A stretch of DNA of 63,758 nt, the filler included, from Lama guanicoe (taxonomy: Eukaryota), in assembly GCA_013239625.1 (NCBI GenBank). It is 74 parts of 74 records of this genome, joined end to end, with 100 filler letters (N's around TTAATTAATTAA, not from the genome) between each part and the next. Parts side by side here need not be neighbours in the genome. Positions count along the whole stretch, not along the records: positions 62,221 to 63,014 come from MU053686.1; positions 63,115 to 63,758 come from MU053690.1; 72 more parts are not named here. One strand, written 5' to 3'. The position numbers and the translations under genes are program-made. The notes beneath the pieces were generated by a model. That model worked only from the letters and a program-made list of their open reading frames with translations. It made no database searches and was not told the origin of the DNA. This document shows positions 62,286 through 63,758 of the stretch, one piece after another (within the stretch, counting starts at the first letter, position 1; each line of letters begins with the position of its first letter).

Positions 62286-63114
62286 TGGCAGGACCAGGGC
62301 TATAATATCAAAGGCCAAGCAAAACCACATGCACAATGAAGACTCCTCAGGTGTTAATGAGGTAGGAGATGCAAGAGATAAAGTGGAACAGCTGGAGGTG
62401 ACCACACGGTTTGAAGACCGAGCAGAAGGAAAAACGATGCTGCCAGTGATATTTGATGCAAAGAAAGGAGGAAGATGGTGAGTTCAAGCCTGGACATACC
62501 AGATGGCAATTAAATGTTCGCCCAGAAGGTGGAAATCTGGGTAATACGACAGAAGCTTTCTGAGCAGTGGCCTCTCCGGCCGGCTGATGTCACGAGGTGG
62601 ATCACCAGTCCCAGACCAGCACCGTGGGGCCCTCTCTTGGCTCATGAATATTGAGTTGAGGGATACCTGCTCTCTTTGGCATTATGCTCTGCTTGGAAGA
62701 ACGTGTACGATCCTCCTTCTGAACTGATATAAAAGGGCTCTTCTGCTCTGAACAAACACCTACAGTTCCAAAGGGCAAATGGTTGTGTGTACTTTTGAAC
62801 TAAACAAGTCTCTATTAAAGAGAAAAAGCTCTATCACTGTCACTACCCTCCCCCTCCCCAAACTCACTGATGTTGAGCAAATATTGAACAATTTTACCGC
62901 CTCATTGGTCAACTGAGAACACAGTTACTTTCTGGGCAAAAAACCTAAATAGAAGAAAACAATAAAAACTACAAATGTAATCCTCATTAAATTCCCCAAA
63001 CTGTATCTTCTTTTNNNNNNNNNNNNNNNNNNNNNNNNNNNNNNNNNNNNNNNNNNNNTTAATTAATTAANNNNNNNNNNNNNNNNNNNNNNNNNNNNNN
63101 NNNNNNNNNNNNNN

Positions 63115-63758
63115 AGATTAATTGACCATAGGTCTGTGGGTTTATTTGTGGGCTCTTTATTCTCTTCCATTTATTGATATATCTGTTTTCATACCAATGC
63201 CATACTGTTTTGATTAATGTAGCTCTGTGGTATTGCCTGAAGTTTGGGAAGGTTATTCCTTCAACTTTGTTCTTTTTTTTCAGCATTGCTTTGTCAAAAT
63301 TACTTGATAAGTTACTCTGCTATGTAAACATAATGTGTCTAAGATAGANNNNNNNNNNNNNNNNNNNNNNNNNNNNNNNNNNNNNNNNNNNNNNNNNNNN
63401 NNNNNNNNNNNNNNNNNNNNNNNNNNNNNNNNNNNNNNNNNNNNNNNNNNNNNNNNNNNNNNNNNNNNNNNNNNNNNNNNNNNNNNNNNNNNNNNNNNNN
63501 GTCATCTTTACTTAATCAATATTTTGTAATTCTCCATGTAAGTTTTTCTCCACTTTGCCCACATTTATTCCTAAATATTTTATTATTTGGGATGCAATTT
63601 TAAAAGGGATTAATTCTTTACTTTCTTTTCCTGCAAATTCATTGTTAGTATAAAGAAATACAACTGATTTCTGTATGTTAATCTTATTTCCTGGTTCCTT
63701 GTCAATTAGTTTTATCAACTCTAGTAGGATTTGTGTTGAGCTTTCAGGGTTTTCCATA
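63115..63758 (-). mobile_element. LINE-1 ORF2 fragment (gap 63349-63500)
   Basis: LKKKNKVEGITFPNFRQYHRATLIKTVWHW and KINIQKSVVFLYTNNE...IKYLGIN. Confidence 0.95.

Noticed and set aside
809..63070. Regularly recurring palindrome TTAATTAATTAA as a CRISPR-like array, piggyBac TTAA sites or PacI cloning scars
   Set aside because: It is always centred in exactly 44+44 Ns between unrelated fragments, so it is an in-silico linker. There are no cas genes and the DNA is mammalian.

Overview
This window is not a contiguous locus. It is an artificial concatenation of about 74 short (about 0.35-1.6 kb) mammalian scaffolds. They are joined by an identical 100-bp spacer (44 N + TTAATTAATTAA + 44 N; 73 copies by my count), so adjacency across spacers has no biological meaning and no multi-gene system can be read from the order. 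The repeat content points to a cetartiodactyl, most likely a camelid (a vic-1-like tRNA-derived SINE and the L1 3' ends); this is moderate-confidence inference. The window is dominated by four tandem-repeat families: an AT-rich heptamer satellite (15 scaffolds), a GC-rich 267-bp satellite (6), a 249-bp satellite (5) and a ~747-bp satellite (3). The rest is L1 fragments, ERV LTR/PBS pieces, MIR/MLT remnants, a GC-rich VNTR and several two-copy paralogous segments. No intact complete gene is present. Four observations stand out: (1) the ~747-bp satellite looks like a diverged trimeric higher-order repeat of the 249-bp monomer; (2) one 249-bp array contains a strand-switch junction; (3) there is an intronless, internally deleted, strongly diverged MIA2/CTAGE5 retrocopy with an open coiled-coil frame; (4) there are two independently frameshifted copies of a RalGDS-like first coding exon. 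All family names come from my recall of consensus sequences, not from database searches.
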